This document shows positions 61,516-64,000 of a stretch of DNA of 64,000 nucleotides, one piece after another. The notes beneath the pieces were generated by a model. The model worked only from the letters and a program-made list of their open reading frames with translations, made no database searches and had not been told where the DNA came from. Numbering within the stretch: the stretch's first letter is position 1; each line of letters opens with the position of its first letter. The position numbers and the translations under genes were made by a program. The DNA lies in contig NW_027590202.1 in NCBI RefSeq assembly GCF_964213995.1, positions 558,001 to 622,000 on the forward strand, written 5' to 3'. This DNA is from Mustelus asterias. Its lineage: Eukaryota.

Positions 61516-61674
61516 AGAAAGGCCGCTTGCTTAACACAAGCAGGCCATTTCCCCAGATGTTTCTCTTACTCACACACACACACACATTTTCTCTGCAATG
61601 TGCATTGCCATTGCAGCTGAACTGGCTCTCAAATTGTCCTCTCGATTAATACTTTGTGAGAAAGTCAAACATCG

Positions 61675-62012
61675 GTTGCCTTGGCAAAGCAGCTGACATA
61701 ATTAAGGACCCCGCGCACCCCGGACATTCTCTCTTTTACCTTCATCCGTGGGGAAACAGATAGTCTGAGGTCACGTACCAACCGACTCAAGAACAGTTTC
61801 TTCCCTCCTGCCATCAAACTTTTCAATGGACCTACCTTCCATTAAGTTGACCTTTCCCTCCACCGTGGCTATGACTGTTACATTGCATTCTGCACTCTTT
61901 CGTTTCCTTCTCTATGTACGGTAAGCTTTGTCTGTATAGCGCGCAAGAAACAATACTTTTCATTGTGTACAAATAGATGTGACAATGATAAACCAAATCA
62001 AAATCAAATCAA
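61675..62012 (+). mobile_element. Rex1/Babar-type LINE 3' end
   Basis: Homologous to 45742-46226, with an (AAATC)n tail. Confidence 0.85.
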
Positions 62013-62057
62013 ATATCATCGAGCAAATCAATCATCAGAATTGGCAATGAAAAAACA

Positions 62058-62129
62058 ATGTTCCACCGAGATTCGAACTCAGATCGCTGGATTCAGACTC
62101 CAGAATGCCCACAATTTCACCAGAGAACA
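62058..62129 (-). pseudogene. tRNA-Gln(CTG) pseudogene
   Basis: TTCCACCGAGATTCGAACTCAGATCGCTGGATTCAGA on plus. Confidence 0.85.
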
Positions 62130-62171
62130 AAATGCGTTTGGTGACGATTTGCAGGGAGCGCCCGTGTTTCC

Positions 62172-62230
62172 GGTTGTGTCGTGTAATGGTGAGCATTCTG
62201 AACACTAAATTCATATCTCGGTGGAGGCTT
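62172..62230 (+). pseudogene. tRNA-Gln pseudogene with an internal deletion
   Basis: GTGTAATGGTGAGCATTCTG..ATCTCGGTGGAG. Confidence 0.7.
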
Positions 62231-62430
62231 GCTTTTCTTTACCAAAGCCGATGATTGGTTTGCTGAAGGGTATTTTATTTAAAATTGTCAGAAAGTGGAA
62301 TTTTAAACTCTGAAGAAATTTCAGCAAATTCCACCGCAATCACATTGGAGTCGATGCAGAAAATGATTTCCTCGCATAACGGTTTCAGGCCTAGAGGACG
62401 ATTGCTCAAGAATATAAAGAGCTGGAAGAC

Positions 62431-62729
62431 AGAATCATAGAACCCAGATAGTGCAGAAGGAAGCCATTCGGCCCATTTAGCCTGCACCAGCAGCAATCGC
62501 ACCCAGGCTCTATCCCCATAATCCCACATGTTTACCCTGTTAGTCCCCTGATTCTAAGGGCAACGGAACATGACCAATCAACCTAACCCGCACGTCATCG
62601 GATTGTGCGCCGGGTGCTCGGTTTTCTTCCACACACGCAGAGAATGTGCAAACTGCACACCGTCACCCGAAGCCAGAACGAAACCCCGGGCCCTTGTATT
62701 GCGATGCAGCAGTGCTGACCACTGTGCCA
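62431..62729 (-). mobile_element. HE1-type V-SINE
   Basis: Reverse complement of the tail and V-domain, at the same position in the repeat unit as 61045-61353. Confidence 0.85.
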
Positions 62730-62810
62730 CAAAAGGCACAGTGAATCTACCGATATCATTCGCTGAGGTACGTGTTCTAAGTTAAGCAAGAGTTGGGGCG
62801 TTGAGAGCAG

Positions 62811-62882
62811 TGGTTGCATCGAGATTCGAACTCGGATTGTTGGATTCAAAGTGCAGAGTGCTCACCGTTACACCATGGAACC
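62811..62882 (-). pseudogene. tRNA-Gln(TTG), best-preserved Gln copy but with stem mismatches
   Basis: GGTTCCATGGTGTAACGGTGAGCACTCTGCACTTTGAATCCAACAATCCGAGTTCGAATCTCGATGCAACCA. Confidence 0.85.
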
Positions 62883-63182
62883 AACGGGGGAGCGGTTTAA
62901 GGCAGGAGGTATTTCACACAGATCTCACACATACACACTCTTGCTCAATTATTGCCAGACTCCAGTCGGATTGTTGTTGTTTGACACCAACTGCTCCTTT
63001 GATTGACAGAGCGTCAAAGAGCAGCGAAAACTGAAAAAAGAAAAACACAGATGCTGCAAGCATCTGGCGCCAGAGTCTCAGCAATGTGCATTGACAAATT
63101 GTCCTCTCGATTCGTACTTGGTGAAAAATGTAAACGAAATGTCCTTCAGAAAATCAATTATCAACATTCGTAAAGGAAAGCA

Positions 63183-63254
63183 AGGTTCTGCCGAGGTTAC
63201 AACTCTGACCGCGGGATTCAAAATCCAGGGAGCTCAGCATTACACCACGGAACA
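63183..63254 (-). pseudogene. tRNA-Gln(TTG) pseudogene
   Basis: 72-nt degenerate alignment. Confidence 0.8.
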
Positions 63255-63493
63255 CAAAATACAGCAAGCGGCTGCAAATGTCCTGTGAAATATGACTATT
63301 TCTGGAGATATCTCCCGATACGTCGAGCAATGAAATGATTTGCTGTAAATTTGGGCACTCTGTCTTCTGAGCTTTTCTGCTATCAACGGTGGCGCATAAC
63401 GACACATTGTTATCACACTTGCTGTTGCTGTCACATCGAATGAAAGATATCAAATTCTTCGGGTGACCATTTGCCGGCGCTGGGCGTGTTCTG

Positions 63494-63565
63494 TGATCTG
63501 TGGTGTACCAGTGAGCTCTCTGGAATCTGAATCCAACAATCCGAATTCGTATCATGGCAGAGCCT
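63494..63565 (+). pseudogene. tRNA-Gln(CTG) pseudogene
   Basis: 72-nt degenerate alignment. Confidence 0.8.
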
Positions 63566-64000
63566 TGCTTTTTTTTTGCTAAACCCAATGATGGGTTTGC
63601 AGAAGGGCATTTTAGTTTAAATTGTCAGAAAGTGGAAATCTAAACACTGACGAAATCTCAGCAAATTCCACGGCAATCAAATTGCAGACGCTGCAGCGAA
63701 TCTCTCTCCTGGCGTCATTGCATCAGCCCCAGAGGATGATTGCTCACGAATACAGAACGCTGAGAGGCAGGGAAGCCACAGGAGGCAGGGGGGGTCCAGC
63801 TTCATGTGTCGTGTCATTCACTCACTCATCTGTCCCAATTTAAACAAGAGTTCGGAAACGAAAGGCCAGAATGCGATCCGCTGCACCATGGAATCGACAG
63901 CACTGCACACCGAAGACACTAGACTTCTCTCCCAAAACACACACGCGTACCTACACACACACTCTCTCTCAAACACACACACACACACACGCACACTTGC

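Overview
Vertebrate genomic DNA, most likely from a shark or other elasmobranch. This is inferred from HE1-type V-SINEs, CR1 LINEs, a GPR139-like receptor and TCR V segments. The window is mostly mobile-element debris: CR1, RTE, Rex/Babar, Tx1, L2, Penelope, SINEs and an 8.9-kb endogenous retrovirus with both LTRs. One protein gene looks intact, a two-exon GPR139-like GPCR whose 9.1-kb intron is filled with nested elements. The window also holds a C2H2 zinc-finger pseudogene, two TCR alpha/delta-type V pseudogenes with 23-RSS, one consensus tRNA-Arg(ACG) and about 18 decayed tRNA genes. Four observations stand out. (1) An isolated R2-retrotransposon 5' end, with 28S target sequence and an HDV-like ribozyme core, lies outside rDNA at 33947-34104. 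(2) Two independent Penelope insertions sit at the same site of two different CR1 copies, suggesting a LINE-targeting Penelope. (3) Three tRNA-Pro relics all carry extra sequence at the canonical intron position. (4) The retrovirus is mosaic, with an open pre-gag paralogue of the Gag N-terminus and two integrase tails. All calls were made by eye and repeat boundaries are approximate.
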